Below are positions 48,622-61,460 of a DNA stretch of 64,000 bases, piece after piece. Position 1 is the first letter of the stretch. Each line of letters starts with the position of its first letter. Below the pieces are notes generated by a model. The model ran no database searches. It was not told the origin of the DNA and worked only from the letters and a program-made list of their open reading frames with translations. A program made the position numbers and the translations under genes. This DNA is from Eukaryota sp. GEM-RC1 (lineage: Eukaryota): assembly GCA_040285855.1 (NCBI GenBank), contig JAUFOQ010000001.1:806001-870000 (forward strand), read 5' to 3'.

Positions 48622-50628
48622 TTAAGACCGATTGAGTCCAGTTACTCCTACTATTTTAACTGAAGTATTAACTTTCAAAGCTTCTGTTAAAGCTCTAACA
48701 CCTTCAGTTTTAATAAAGTTTCCACTCAGATCAACTCTTGTAACTGAAACATTTACTTTCAAAGCCTCTGCCAAAGCTCTAACCCCTTCAGTTTTAATAG
48801 AGGTTTCACTCAGATCAACTCTTGAAACTGAAACATTTACTTTCAAAGCCTCTGCTAAAGCTCTGGCACCTACAGTTTTAGTGGAGTTTCCACTCAGATT
48901 AATACTTGTAACTGAAACATTTACTTTCAAAGCATCTGCCAAAGCTCTAACCCCTTCAGTTTTAATAGAGTTTCCACTCAGATTAACAACGGTAACTGAC
49001 GCATTTACTTTCAAAGCCTCTGCTAAAGCTCTGGCACCTTCATTTTTAATAGAGTTTCCACTCAGATTAATACTGGTAACTGAAGAATTAAGTATCAGCG
49101 CCTCTGCCAGAACTTTAACACCTTCAGCTCCAATAAAGTTGTAACTCAGATCGACACTTGTAACAGAATTATTAACTTTTAGCGCCTCTGCTAAAGCTCT
49201 GACGTCATCACCTCCAAGAAATTGTTTAAACAGTGTAACACTTGTAACACTACCAGCTCTCATCCCTTCCAAGACTTGCTTCACTTCTGGTTTCAGCTTG
49301 TCCAAGAGATCGTGGTCAAAAATCAAGGGATTTCTGTTCGTCTGTCTGTTTACTTCAACATTTCCATGATTATGATTTAAACCAAGAGATTCACTAGTTG
49401 AATCATCAACTTTGCATGGTCTTTGAAAGAATACATAATGACTATTGTTTTGATTTCGAAAACTTTCAACTTGAATCTTCAATGTGTTAATTTCATTCTG
49501 CAATTGACAATTAGTTTCAATAAGGGATTGATTCTCATGTTTAAAATCAGTATTTTCACTAAACAATTCCTTGTTCTTAGCTTGTAACACCATATTTTGA
49601 TTAGCAAGAGTTTGGTTTTTCACTTCAAGTTTTTTAAGCAACACAGAATGATCAGGTTTAGGTGGGGGTTTATGAAGATTTAAACCTTCCAAAATTGCAA
49701 TAATTTGCGAAATTTTAGGTCGCAGAATTGGATCTGCATTTAGACATTGGTTAATGACATTGGCCAATTGAGCTGGAACAGTTTTGTCAAAAGGTAATCG
49801 GACTCCCCGTTGTTTAGCTCCAAGAAGACCATACATGGACATTCCTTCAAATGCTTCCTTGTTTTGAAACAATTCATAGAGTACAACTCCAAGGGAATAA
49901 ACGTCACTTAAGGGAGTGGCAATGTTACCAAACTGCTCAGGTGCGGCATATCGTACAGTCATTGCAGGGTTTTTAGGAACAGTTGTAGTTGAAGCAATGT
50001 TCCTAGAAGTTCCAAAATCAGCTATCCTGATTCTATTGTCCACCATTAACACATTCCCCGGCTTGAGATCTCCATGGACAACAGACTTACGATGTAGATA
50101 GTTGACGCCCTGACATAGTTCCTTGGCATATTCGACAGTGAGGAAGGAGAAAGAGTTGGGGGAGGGGAGGGGAGAAGAAGCTCTTTCCATTACGATTCCG
50201 ATACGATCTTCCCAAGAGCAGAGACCATAGACACGGAGAACAGCAGGGTGATTTAGTTGAACAAGAAGGTTCATCTCCTTCTTTAGTTTGACTCTTCCCT
50301 TTTCAGTGAGAGAGACCATTTTAACAGCAACTGGAAGCTTGCACCACTCCGCAGCATATACCACAGCGCAACCTCCTTCGGCGATCTGATCAAGGAGTTC
50401 AACATCATCCGATGGGATTTCTGGACATAGATCGCCGTTACGAGCTGCTTCCACAAGACTTCTGAGAGCAAAGTTCACGTTTTTCTTGGTAGGACATTTC
50501 TTTCGACAAATTGGACAGTTATTTAAAGGAGAAGCGCAATGAGAACATGCAGTGTGCCCAAGTTTACATAGAAGCAATGGTAGGCGGTCAGAAAGGTTGA
50601 AGGAGTCAGAGCAGATGAAACAATCCAT
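48622..50628 (-). CDS. RING finger - TKL-like protein kinase - coiled coil - RI-like LRR (7 x 28 aa) protein
   Basis: CFIC..CKLGHTACSHC..CPIC RING; IAEGGCAVVY, VAVK, HGDLKPGN, DFG, APE; LxLxxNxIxxxGxxALAEALKVN repeats. Intact 668-aa ORF. Confidence 0.93.
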   Translation of the reverse strand: MDCFICSDSFNLSDRLPLLLCKLGHTACSHCASPLNNCPICRKKCPTKKNVNFALRSLVEAARNGDLCPEIPSDDVELLDQIAEGGCAVVYAAEWCKLPVAVKMVSLTEKGRVKLKKEMNLLVQLNHPAVLRVYGLCSWEDRIGIVMERASSPLPSPNSFSFLTVEYAKELCQGVNYLHRKSVVHGDLKPGNVLMVDNRIRIADFGTSRNIASTTTVPKNPAMTVRYAAPEQFGNIATPLSDVYSLGVVLYELFQNKEAFEGMSMYGLLGAKQRGVRLPFDKTVPAQLANVINQCLNADPILRPKISQIIAILEGLNLHKPPPKPDHSVLLKKLEVKNQTLANQNMVLQAKNKELFSENTDFKHENQSLIETNCQLQNEINTLKIQVESFRNQNNSHYVFFQRPCKVDDSTSESLGLNHNHGNVEVNRQTNRNPLIFDHDLLDKLKPEVKQVLEGMRAGSVTSVTLFKQFLGGDDVRALAEALKVNNSVTSVDLSYNFIGAEGVKVLAEALILNSSVTSINLSGNSIKNEGARALAEALKVNASVTVVNLSGNSIKTEGVRALADALKVNVSVTSINLSGNSTKTVGARALAEALKVNVSVSRVDLSETSIKTEGVRALAEALKVNVSVTRVDLSGNFIKTEGVRALTEALKVNTSVKIVGVTGLNRS

Positions 50629-51877
50629 GGCAAAAGTGGGGAAAAGATCAAAAATATAATAAAAAACACAATTTCAAAGTACAGTACATATACCTAGGAA
50701 ATACAGATACACTGCATCCTGTATTCGTATCTGTATCCTAAAATTGATTTGTCTCACGAATTTCCCTATTTTGTGCATACTATGTAATTTGTGTATTTTC
50801 CTCAACTGCTTCTATTGCAAAGGAGCTGAAAGGTTAACCCACTAGTCTATTGTAATAATAAACAGCAATTAGTGACCAAATAGTAACCGTTCAAATTTTT
50901 CGTACAAAATTAAAAGATACATTGCGGTGAATCCAGGGATGTTAAAAAATATATTTAAATAAATAAAATATTGTGTGGGCTTGCAATAAATATATTGATA
51001 TTGTCGGGCATCACAATACATCGATTACGGAGTTTCCCATCCCTAGTCATCATAATCTACAAAAATATGACAAATATTTAGAATCAAATCAGTGGTGAAA
51101 CTACTGTCAATAATTTGATTGTCTCAATTCCTCAGCCAACACTTGGTAAGTTTCAATTGATACCATTGTTGATTATTTCCTGATAGCATTAAACTGAACA
51201 ACTGGAAACAACAAGAATGATTATATACTATACATCTAAATAAAATTAGATGAAAAATAAAATAACCAGACTGTCAAAGAGAATATTTTCATTTTCTGGA
51301 GCGCGCACTACCTGTACATTTGAATCAAAAGTGTGAACCATGTGTTCTAACTTGCTGATAAAAATAGCATGTCTTTTGAACCAATTCAAACACTAATGAA
51401 CATCATAAAATTGCTGAAGAAAAAGAAAGAGAGGTAAAAGTCACAGTCACTAATTTTAAACTGGTGTTGTCTGTAGACATAGGGTGAAGTAAATTGAATT
51501 TTATTATAGGGTACTGTTCCAGTACTAACACTGGCATTGATTTGTCTGAACGGTGTTCTTCCTTATCCCCAAAAGTTCTGACATGCACTAGCTCCATAAT
51601 TTACTAAAACTGTGATGATAAAACTAATAAAATAAATTAGAACTAAAATAAGGAATTAAATATGAAAGAAGCAATGAATTGTAAACGAATGTTGCAAAAG
51701 GGAATAGAGACGGACAACAACTCAAATCTAAATTTGCTGGCCATTACACTACATTTGACTTACAAAAATGGGTTCGAGCGGAGTCTGAATTGAGTTGATT
51801 ACCCATCATGATGCCTACATTTCTGATTCTCTGAATAAGGCTGAAAAATCCGTCACTGTCTTCCTTTGAGATTCACA

Positions 51878-53054
51878 ATGAACCTCACTGTCTCTGCAGA
51901 CCTTAAGTCGTCTTACTATGGTCAGAGACTGTTTCACTACTTCTCAGTGATGTCCTCTCCTCGTCTAGAAACAGTTATATCTGCTGTAGAAGGTTTTTCC
52001 CACCTCTTATCCAAACAACAATCCTTAATACCCTCATTTATTGAGTCTGGAGTCCTTCCCTCTATCCTCTCCTATCTAGAATCCAATTCTCTTGAACTTC
52101 AACTAGCAGCTGTCCGCGTCTTCATCAATGTTACTGCTGGTATCTGTAATGACTTATACCAGCCTCGACTTCTTGTAAACGCCTTGTTCAAATGTGTTCA
52201 ATCCAGTTCTAGTCAGTTACTTATATATCAATGTATCGTTGTTCTTGGTAACATCGCCCTTAATTCACTACACATGCGTAACCTCATCATAAGCCTTGGA
52301 ATGACGTCACTCTTGATTTCAGTTCTGGAGAAGTCTCACAGTTCCTCCACTAGTGCTACCACTAGTGACTGTTCTATAACTAACGTTGTTTGGTCACTCT
52401 CAGCTCTTCTTGTACGCAAACCTCTTCCCAAAGCTGACGTCATCTCGACTCTCCTCTCATCTCTCTCCCTTCTTCTACACCACAAAACCAAGGCAGTCGT
52501 CATTAATGCTCTATGGGGTCTCTTCTACATCTCTGAGTCTACAGATCCTTCCCACACTGAACTTCTCTTAAACTCTGGTTCGTTACACCAACTTGTCCAA
52601 CTTCTTCCCACCAGTACTGACACCCAGATACCAGTCTTACGAACCCTATGTAACCTCTTGTCCTCCTCAAACAGTGCATTGGATCTCCTTTTGACTTTTT
52701 CCTTTCTTCCCACTCTACACTCTCTGCTTGCTTTGGATAATCCTACTTTAGACTGTGACGTTCTCCGAGTGATTTCTAATGTAACTGCAGGTACTTCTTT
52801 CTTTCTATGATCATGCATTGTTGCTTATTGAATTAGGTTTGATTCCTAATATTTTGAATTTTTTAAAATCTACCGATGAAGAAGTTTTGGATTTTGTTTC
52901 AGTATCATTGAATAACTTGGTATTGCTGGGAGAAAATCGAGGGGAATCAAATTTGATTTTGGAGAAAATTATTGAGGCTTACGAGTCACAGTCAAAATTT
53001 CAATTATTTAAATTTGAACAAATTGATCTTTCCAATGTTTGTACCATTCAATGA
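51878..53054 (+). CDS. Divergent importin-alpha-like armadillo-repeat protein (frameshift at ~52800)
   Basis: FIESGVLP, LQLAAVRVFINVTAG, QCIVVLGNIA, NVVWSLSAL, NALWGLFYIS, PVLRTLCNL, ISNVTAGT. No IBB domain visible. Confidence 0.78.
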
Positions 53055-56000
53055 GTTTTGTACAGTTCCCTTTGATGAGAGGATTCCTGGTTCGTTGCAA
53101 GTCTGTAGAGGCCTTTAGAAGAGAAAACTGACATCTCAACTGACCTTTTGAAGAGATCAGCGAGTACATTAATCGTTCGTTACACCTTTTAAATATTAGG
53201 TTTCATCCCGTCAGTATGGATTGTTGCAGATTCAAAAGATCTTAAACAATCTGACACGATAGTGTTACTCATAGAAGCCTGAAATACCACCGAACTACTA
53301 TTTGTTGAAGGTCTGGGCTTCCAAATTGCAAGTATCGATGTGGTTTTGATGAAGTCTTTGATCATCTAAAAACGCATGTTTGACGTTCCTAGCTCTCCTT
53401 TATATTCATCACTGTTTGTTTGTTCCATGGACAATCTAATTTGAATTTATACTGTTCCATGATGATTTAAGTAAGAAATACTTGTCAGTTCCGAGGATTT
53501 GTTACGTTTTACGTATTATTACAGTTCTGAATAGTATTCAGAGTAACTACTGTACTGTTGTTCAGATCGAATTTGTTTTACTAAAACTATTTTAAACCAA
53601 TGGGTTTTCCTGTTGGTGTCAAAGAATTTGTGAATGATTTGGTAGATCAACGTCAAGTAGAAAATGTGGATGTCTTTCTTGCTTGCTTGAAACATGAGTT
53701 TCAGGGGGGATTGTCTCGGGCTTATTATATGTTGTCTAAAAAGTTCTACCCACTCAACCATAAATTCGGCCTATGTCAAACCTAATGCCGACTCAGGAAC
53801 TCCCATCGGACAAAATTTGGAATCTCAGTGCATTTTCAATTTCAAACACCACCATAAAATCGTCATTTTGACAAGTACTGACAAAGAAACGATAACACCA
53901 TAAATAACATTTATTTCACCAAAAGCCCCATACAGCTAGTTCTTTAGGGTTGCAGATTTCTGAACCGAATCGTGTCCCATTATTGGCATGTTCATCTTTT
54001 ATGACTTTAATGCCATCAACATATCAGTTACCTAACTTATTGACTTTTACGCAAGAGTCTGCTTCCACAGCTAAATTAAAGTACTTAATCGATTCATTAG
54101 TATTTTGTTCCAGGTCATCACCATTCCATTACAAAAAACTCATTGTATCCATTGGATCTGCATTTCCCTTGACAATTACAACTCCGAATTTATGATCACA
54201 TCAATTGTGGCTGGAAATAAATCTTCTTAATTTTTAAATGTTTAATTTTCTCCTTTCTTTAAAACAATCTTCTGTAATCAATGCTGGTTTAGGGTTTTTG
54301 CAAATGAAGACATTCCTACACGTACAGTAATTTTTTTATATTGTTGGAAATTGTGGATTAAAACTTCAAACTCTTCAAAAAGACACCCAGTGTGGTTGGC
54401 AGTTGAGAAATGGCATTATTATTGATCATTCTGTCGATAATATTGATTTTGGTGTTGTCATATGTATCAACACAAATATTGATTCAGAATTAAATTTAAT
54501 TGCAAGAAAATGTGAACTTAATGGAAGTCGTCATGATATTCAGTTTGTATCAACAAAACGAAAATTTTTATTACAAAGCTTAATCAGCAACTACTTTTAG
54601 CTGATTATTTGATTAAGGCATCATTATTGACTTCTGATTCTAGCATCTAGGTAAAACAACCTTCCTGTGCGGTACAATAGAATGTCAGCGATTACAGAAT
54701 TGCTGGTACTCCAAGGGAACCAACCAGATCTCGGATCCTATAGGGGTAGGGTTAAAATGAACTCCTGTACTTTGAAGGATCCTAATTGTTCTTAAATCAG
54801 GGGTATCTTACAAGTCATGACAATTTTAACTAAATTTAATGAATGTAATTCTTGTACATACTCTCCAAAACAAAATAACCTCACAGATTACATGGCCAAA
54901 CAATTTCTTTACATGAAAGTCCCTACTTCCACGACTCATAGTATATGCAGTAAAACCTCCTGAAAGGAAGTCAAAGCGGAACTAACAGATTTCATTGCAA
55001 AACGGATCTTGATAACGATACATCTGTTATTGATCAAAGAGCAACGACTGAGCTCCACAACAACCCTTAAGTCAGCCCATTCAGGGAGCACCTTTCGGTT
55101 ACATATATGTAGTATTGAAGGCCGCACAAAGTTCAAAACAAACTTATACTCTTAGAGTGGTGTTTAACTGCTACAAAATACTGTTTAGTTTATAAAAGGA
55201 ATCATAACTGCTCTGTGGGGCTATTTGATTGTGTGGAGCCAGTTCTTTCCTTATCAATTGTGGCAAAACATACTTAACTGTTTTGGATAAAATCTGACTG
55301 ATAATAGCTTACAAAGGTCATTGCCTAAGAATGTTTTCTTTTCAACTAGAAGTTAGTTGATTTAAAAGGTTTTTATTTAATTAGCTCAACAACTATACTA
55401 CCCAACAAGCGGTTTAGTAGATTTGATGTAGATTTGTGAACTAGATAGTAGATTATTCTTTGTTTTTGGTAAAATCTTGTGATTATATTTTACTTACTCT
55501 TAATATCGTACTTGGCCTCTTTCATGAACGCTTCGTCTGATACATGAGACATTTCTGAACAATCCAAACAGAATAAGTACAAGAAACCATTGATGGCTTT
55601 AAAACAGGTAAAACATGTTGAATACGCATTATTCCCTTTTGCTGTTTCCAATTTACGGACGTTTAGGAACAAGTGCATTGAATTTTTTAAACGATTTCGG
55701 AAACATCGTAAAAATAGGATGAACAAACGTTTTGATTATATATTATGGTTGAATCGGATCGTTTTTACTGTGTATAAAACAATTCCCCTAATCATCTCCA
55801 AAGCTTTATTAGCAGTGAGTTCCTGTTATGAGGCCAAAGCTGTTGTAAGGTTCGATAGCGACGGGTGTTGTTTTAATGATATCAAATTCTAGTTGTTTGA
55901 TCTATTACATTTATAATAAAGTAATAATCTATAAAAAACAACATCGTCCTCGACTAACATTAATAGAAATGAGAAATTGACACATTACCACACAATTTTT

Positions 56001-56168
56001 GTAAATTGAACAAAATTAATTCTATAAAAATAGATTTTTTTATGCTAATTTTTACAAGTAAGATTTGTAGAACAAAAGTCTACTCAAATTAGCTTCAGTA
56101 ATTCATGAATTAATTTAAATCACAGCTTTAAATGAGGAGATTTAACCAAAATGACAATGTTATCAACT

Positions 56169-57683
56169 TTATTCAACGATTTCAATTATATGATTACTAT
56201 GATGTAAAGATGCGTATGGATAATAATTACCACTACTTAATCTGGGAAGAGTTCCAGTAACATTGATTGAAGAACTCACGGATTTGATTGTTAAAGTGTA
56301 ACTGATTAGATTTACATTGATTTCGAGTAATTCAACAGGATCCCATTTGGCTTTGTTTCCTGAGAGACAACCACAACCACCAGTATCATTACGATAACCA
56401 TGAGAATACGAATAACAACTACCTTCAACTCTAAACTTTGACTCGTCAATGACTCCAACATAAAGACTATTAATTCCCCCCTGGTACCTCAACTTCCAAG
56501 TATAAACATTACCTGGAAGAAGTGGATCTTCTCCCAAGATATTACCCCACACATAACCACCACTTCCAACAACAACTTTCTTATTATCACTACTAACTTG
56601 TAACTGAGATAGTTTCCTTGTTTGAGAGAATCTGATCATTTTTGATTGAGGAACTGATTGAGACATCAGTTGAGGCTCTGCAGCTGTTGTTTTTAGTTGT
56701 TCAATTTCTTGTTTCAATTTAGTAATTTCATTAAGTGTGTTGATGGTTGTAGCGGTTAAATTCTGATTCTCAGTTGTTAAACCAGCAATTGTTGTCTTAA
56801 AATGCGAAATTTCAGCTTTGAAAACAATATTTGCTTCAGAGAAACTAGAATTTTCTTCCTTCAAGTGATGATTTTCATATGTTAATTCAGAATTTTCTTC
56901 CTTTAAATCAGAAACTTCTTTCACCAACGAATCAAAATAAAGATTCTTAACTCTTGTAAACAAAAAATTCATCAAATCGGCTTTCAATTCTTCAATATCT
57001 TTTAAAGGAACAAACAGAAACTCATCCCATAGTTGGAAAGAAAAAGCTTCAATTGAACAAGAATTCAAAACATATAACAATTCATTCGAATCGAAACTTT
57101 GATTCAAAATTGATTCCACCATTGATTTGATGAACCATGACAGCGATTGAGTGGAAGTACAGTATTTTACAAGAGTTTTAAACCCTTCAGTAGTGATTGC
57201 CATCACGTCATCAATCACTAGGTCATCAATCTTAGAAAAGAAAGGACCAACGAATTCCAGAGCTCTCAAGTCATTTCTTTCATCTGCTTCTTTAATGAAT
57301 TTTTTTAACCAAGCCCAGGTTACAAGATGAGTGTTGAGGTGGTTTTCCACGTGGTGAATGAGTTTGTCCACTTGGAAGTAGTGGACGAGGTAAAAGTAGT
57401 TGTAGGCGTTGCTTTCGTTGAGAGTGAATGACTTTCCGAAGAAGGACTTGAGAAAAGCGAAGAAGTTGTCGGAATCGACGGGAAGATGTGAGAAGTCAAT
57501 GGGGTTCTCAAGCTTGTCGCCAAACTCTAAGAACCAGAGGGATCGGAAGTACGTGGAATGGGCAGCAAGGACAGATTTGTTTACCTCGATGGATTCCCCG
57601 CCAAACGATATGGTTTGGTTACAAAGGGAAGATTCATCGAGGATAATTGCAAGAGTTTCTGCTGGGGGAAGGGAGAATGACAT
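56169..57683 (-). CDS. BTB/POZ - coiled coil - SPRY/B30.2-like protein (intact, ~504 aa)
   Basis: Single ORF. BTB VNKSVLAAHSTYFRSL. Highly similar to 11375-12939, including upstream sequence. Start chosen by homology (MSFSLPP). Confidence 0.9.
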   Translation of the reverse strand: MSFSLPPAETLAIILDESSLCNQTISFGGESIEVNKSVLAAHSTYFRSLWFLEFGDKLENPIDFSHLPVDSDNFFAFLKSFFGKSFTLNESNAYNYFYLVHYFQVDKLIHHVENHLNTHLVTWAWLKKFIKEADERNDLRALEFVGPFFSKIDDLVIDDVMAITTEGFKTLVKYCTSTQSLSWFIKSMVESILNQSFDSNELLYVLNSCSIEAFSFQLWDEFLFVPLKDIEELKADLMNFLFTRVKNLYFDSLVKEVSDLKEENSELTYENHHLKEENSSFSEANIVFKAEISHFKTTIAGLTTENQNLTATTINTLNEITKLKQEIEQLKTTAAEPQLMSQSVPQSKMIRFSQTRKLSQLQVSSDNKKVVVGSGGYVWGNILGEDPLLPGNVYTWKLRYQGGINSLYVGVIDESKFRVEGSCYSYSHGYRNDTGGCGCLSGNKAKWDPVELLEINVNLISYTLTIKSVSSSINVTGTLPRLSSGNYYPYASLHHSNHIIEIVE

Positions 57684-57754
57684 TAGAGGCAATAGAGAAG
57701 GAGATAAGTAAATGAGATCAAAACGGGAGACCAATGTTCTTGTGACCTTTTAAC

Positions 57755-59118
57755 AAAACTACATGTCTAATCCTGAACCTCCATTGAAGAGTAGTCGTTC
57801 ATTTGATGATAATGTAACACTTCCCAGCAGTTAAGTGTTCAATGTTTCCTCCTCTTCTAGTATCTCCTTCCCGCAACCTAACTCTGATACACTGCCTGCT
57901 TCGTTCTCATTGCTTACGTATTCCTCCAACTGCTTACGTTTACAGTGGTCTTTATTGATCTTGATCAATCTTTACTTACGTGTGTTTTACGTCGTCTCTC
58001 AAGATAAATCATGGCGACCATCGTCTTGTAATCCGTCAAGTAGGAACTGGTCTCATTATTCAACAGTTTGTGTTCTTAGCCATCGTTTCTTTGAATCTGC
58101 GTATCAATCAGTCGATGTTTCTTCATTCAAACACGTTTACTGTGGTTTAAAGACCTTCCTCAACTACATTCATTTGCTCATCTCTTTGGAGCAGAGGTAC
58201 AGTCTGTTGTCTTGTATTTGATTGAGAAATTTAGAGTCGAAGAATTTCTTTGATTTTTCACAAGATTAGGGTATTGGAATTAAAGTTAGTTAATGACAAT
58301 GACTTGGAATTCCTGAACACATCATTTCTGTTTATGTCCGTTTCTTTTTGATGCTCGTATTTCTATTCATCAGTATTTTTATCTCAGTTTTAATATCAAA
58401 ACACGATAATGAAAGCAAATTTCGTTATTTAAGTTTCTCCGAAATCCACTATTAAATGAACAAAATTTACTTTTGAACCAACAAACGATCTTATTTTCGA
58501 TACTCAGATTAAATCCCAATGCCGACACTAGTAAAGCCCTGAACAAGACGCATCGAGTGTCTTAATTACAGCTTTAATACTTCTTCAGTGTGGAGTTTCC
58601 GATTCATCCTTCTGTTAGTAAAATCGTTACATAAACTGACATAGCTAATCTATGAAAGTGAATTTCATCCGTGGCAATAAGCAAAGAGCTCTGATGGGTA
58701 CCAACAAGTGTGGGCATGGTTAGCTAGCCCTTGGTTAAAGGAGAACCCTCCCTAATGCAATGATCAAAAGTCAATTCAGTCTACTGTCTTTCTCCATTTG
58801 TTTTCAATGAATGCACTACAAGTATCCCACACTGAGCAATATTCTAACCGATATCAAACTCTTTCTCCATTCATGACACTCCTCTGAATGCTGATGATTT
58901 TCATCTTTATATTTTTGAATCCCCTAGCTTCCACCTCACTTGCAAAGAGAATTCCACTGAGGTATCCTAAAGTAAGAAACACCTGAAACCCATATACAAC
59001 CACAAAACAGGGGCCACTTGGGATTCGTTCTTTCTCCATCTTCTACGTTTGCAGTTACTGTCGAAATAGCGCTCCAAAGTGTAGCTGTAAAAGAGGAATT
59101 CAAAGAATAGGTATAGAC
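57755..59118. repeat. Segmental duplication, copy A (order X-Y)
   Basis: 57755-58370 matches 63372-64000, and 58345-59118 matches 62583-63360. Confidence 0.88.
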
Positions 59119-61188
59119 AAACGTAGTTTATTGAGGAGATGTAAGAGAAAAGTGCGATATGATAACCATTACTGTCATTTGATGTCTTTGCAAATTGTTC
59201 AGATGATGCAAGACAACGACGGGTTTTTTGTGGAAAGGTGGTTTCTGAGAAATGACTACGATTGCACTGTTGAACTTGAGATCGTGGTATATCCAATGTC
59301 TAGTCACTGTGATAAACAAAATCCAACTATTGGAAGTCCATTCATAAGTGGTAAAACTCAACTCTGAATTAATAGAAGTAAGCATTTCTATGATTTCTGG
59401 TTTCGTATCTTGAGATTATGTTGTCTAGTATTTGATTTTTAGATGGCAACTTTAGTGTTCTATTAGCATCATATACAAGTCATTGAAAGAACCTGTTTGA
59501 GTCAAATAAATTTGACACAACAGAAAATAGGCGACAAGAACTAGAACAATTGGATGCATTGTCCGTGATGATATGTGTTACTTTCGTGGGTCCAATGGAC
59601 TCTCTTGGTCTGACTAAATATGGATTCAGCGGTCTATACGATTCCTTTACAATTAATACTTTCTAGAAAATAGACACCCTTAAAGGAAACCAATAAAAAA
59701 TTAATTCAATTTTCCTAATGGTTTCTATCATGATTTCTACATGATAACCTCAAGTTGTGAGTAGACCAGAGACTGGAACTTATTTATTGTATGCTATTGT
59801 TTTCATTTAATTTTCAAGAGACGTAATTGGTTTATTCAAAAAAACGCGTCAGTTATTTATGAGCGAGAGGTTTGCAATGCTTTTCTGAATTTACTAATAT
59901 TCTAGAAATGCCGATTGTAATGCAAGATAAACTACTGTACTAATTTAAGTGTTTGGAACCCAGATTAGGTTTCTCTTCAATAAGCATTCTCATTCAACAA
60001 GTTATTGTACGAGTAGAGGTCACTGTATATGTCATATTCATTGTATTATCCCTAACAAATCGTGATTATAGGTCCACGAAGGGATAAAGAAGAAGGCAAT
60101 TTCAGAGTCCATCAAACGACATCTACACAATTGATCCCAAACTTTCTTCCTCTTGTGTAACAAACCGTATCTGATTTCAACCACTTTGATAGTTCGACAA
60201 GAAGGGCAACAAATTGTATTATTCTGTTGTTTCCTCCCTGTTTTATGTTTTGTTGATGTGTGACTCGTATTTCTTCAGTGTAACATGGAGATGAAGAGTA
60301 TTAAATCCCTCTTACTATATGATCCACCGTTCTTGAGTTCGAATCTCATCCACTTCTTTAAGTATCAGCGATATGTTCTCATGGATCACCCCTATTGAAG
60401 ATTTCCAACATCAAGATTTTGTTTATTTTGCCACCAACAGGAAGATTACAGAAAGAATAGTTTTAATGGATCTAATTTTTGTTAAGTCAAGATGAATATT
60501 ATCAAACAGAACGCAAGGTTTGTAAAATAAAACAAATGAGTCGTCAGTATTATTAGAAAAAAAGAAGTTTATGATCGTTTAAATGAAAAAAAATACCTTG
60601 AAGGTTCATCACAATGTTTAATCATGTTAATCAAATTATGTTATCTATGCCCCGTACATTCACATTAAGAGAAGATCTGGAAGAAACTTGTGTTGCAAAA
60701 TGAGCATCAATAATTTCCTCATCAAAAAGGGTGTATCTTTAAAAGAATCTCTGATAGAACATTGACGAGAAGATGTCAAATGTCAAACGTCACTTTTCAC
60801 AACGTATAAATAGCTACAAACAACATCAACGGCATTTATGTCCTTTTTGAGATTAATGTAAAATTGTTGAGAACCTTTTTCGCTTAGAATTGTCTAGTTG
60901 TGGAAATGGAGAGGGTGGTGTTTGATCCAACAAACATTGACACAAAACGATGTCATTATCTAGCTATTGATTTTGTATACAAGTGATTAGTTATGTTTGA
61001 TACAATGACTAACTAAAGCATTGTATCAAGGTATTATATTGATTTTTATAGAGTTAAGATTATTACTTTTTAATGGTTTTCAAAATTAATTCAATCAGTT
61101 TTGATTGATTTCGTCAACATTATTGAAATCAGTAAATTTTTCAGCGTAATGAAGGACATTTTAAACGTGCTATATGTCAAAGAAGTTA

Positions 61189-61242
61189 TACCGACATTAC
61201 CGTTGTCAGTACCCTATAATACCGACAACGCTAACGTCGGTA
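61189..61242. repeat. Inverted repeat: 23-bp arms (20/23 matching) around an 8-bp spacer
   Basis: TACCGACATTACCGTTGTCAGTA-CCCTATAA-TACCGACAACGCTAACGTCGGTA. Confidence 0.75.
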
Positions 61243-61460
61243 CACTAAATTAGCTTCTAAAATCAAGTTAAAAGTCGTGTACTACTAAAGTTAACTCAAA
61301 AACTATTGTAGATATTTTATATATACTGAAACATTTTAAAATTATGAAGAAACCTAAGTTTTTGTCTGACAAATGTTATGAGTTCACAAACCTAAACAAC
61401 AAACTTGTTCTTTTTAAAAATATTTATTTATCAAAAGTAACTGAATAAAATTAATTCTGT

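Noticed and set aside
54400..55140. Possible non-LTR RT remnant (PTPIGS, IVIKIRFA)
   Set aside because: No YxDD or QG motif was recoverable.
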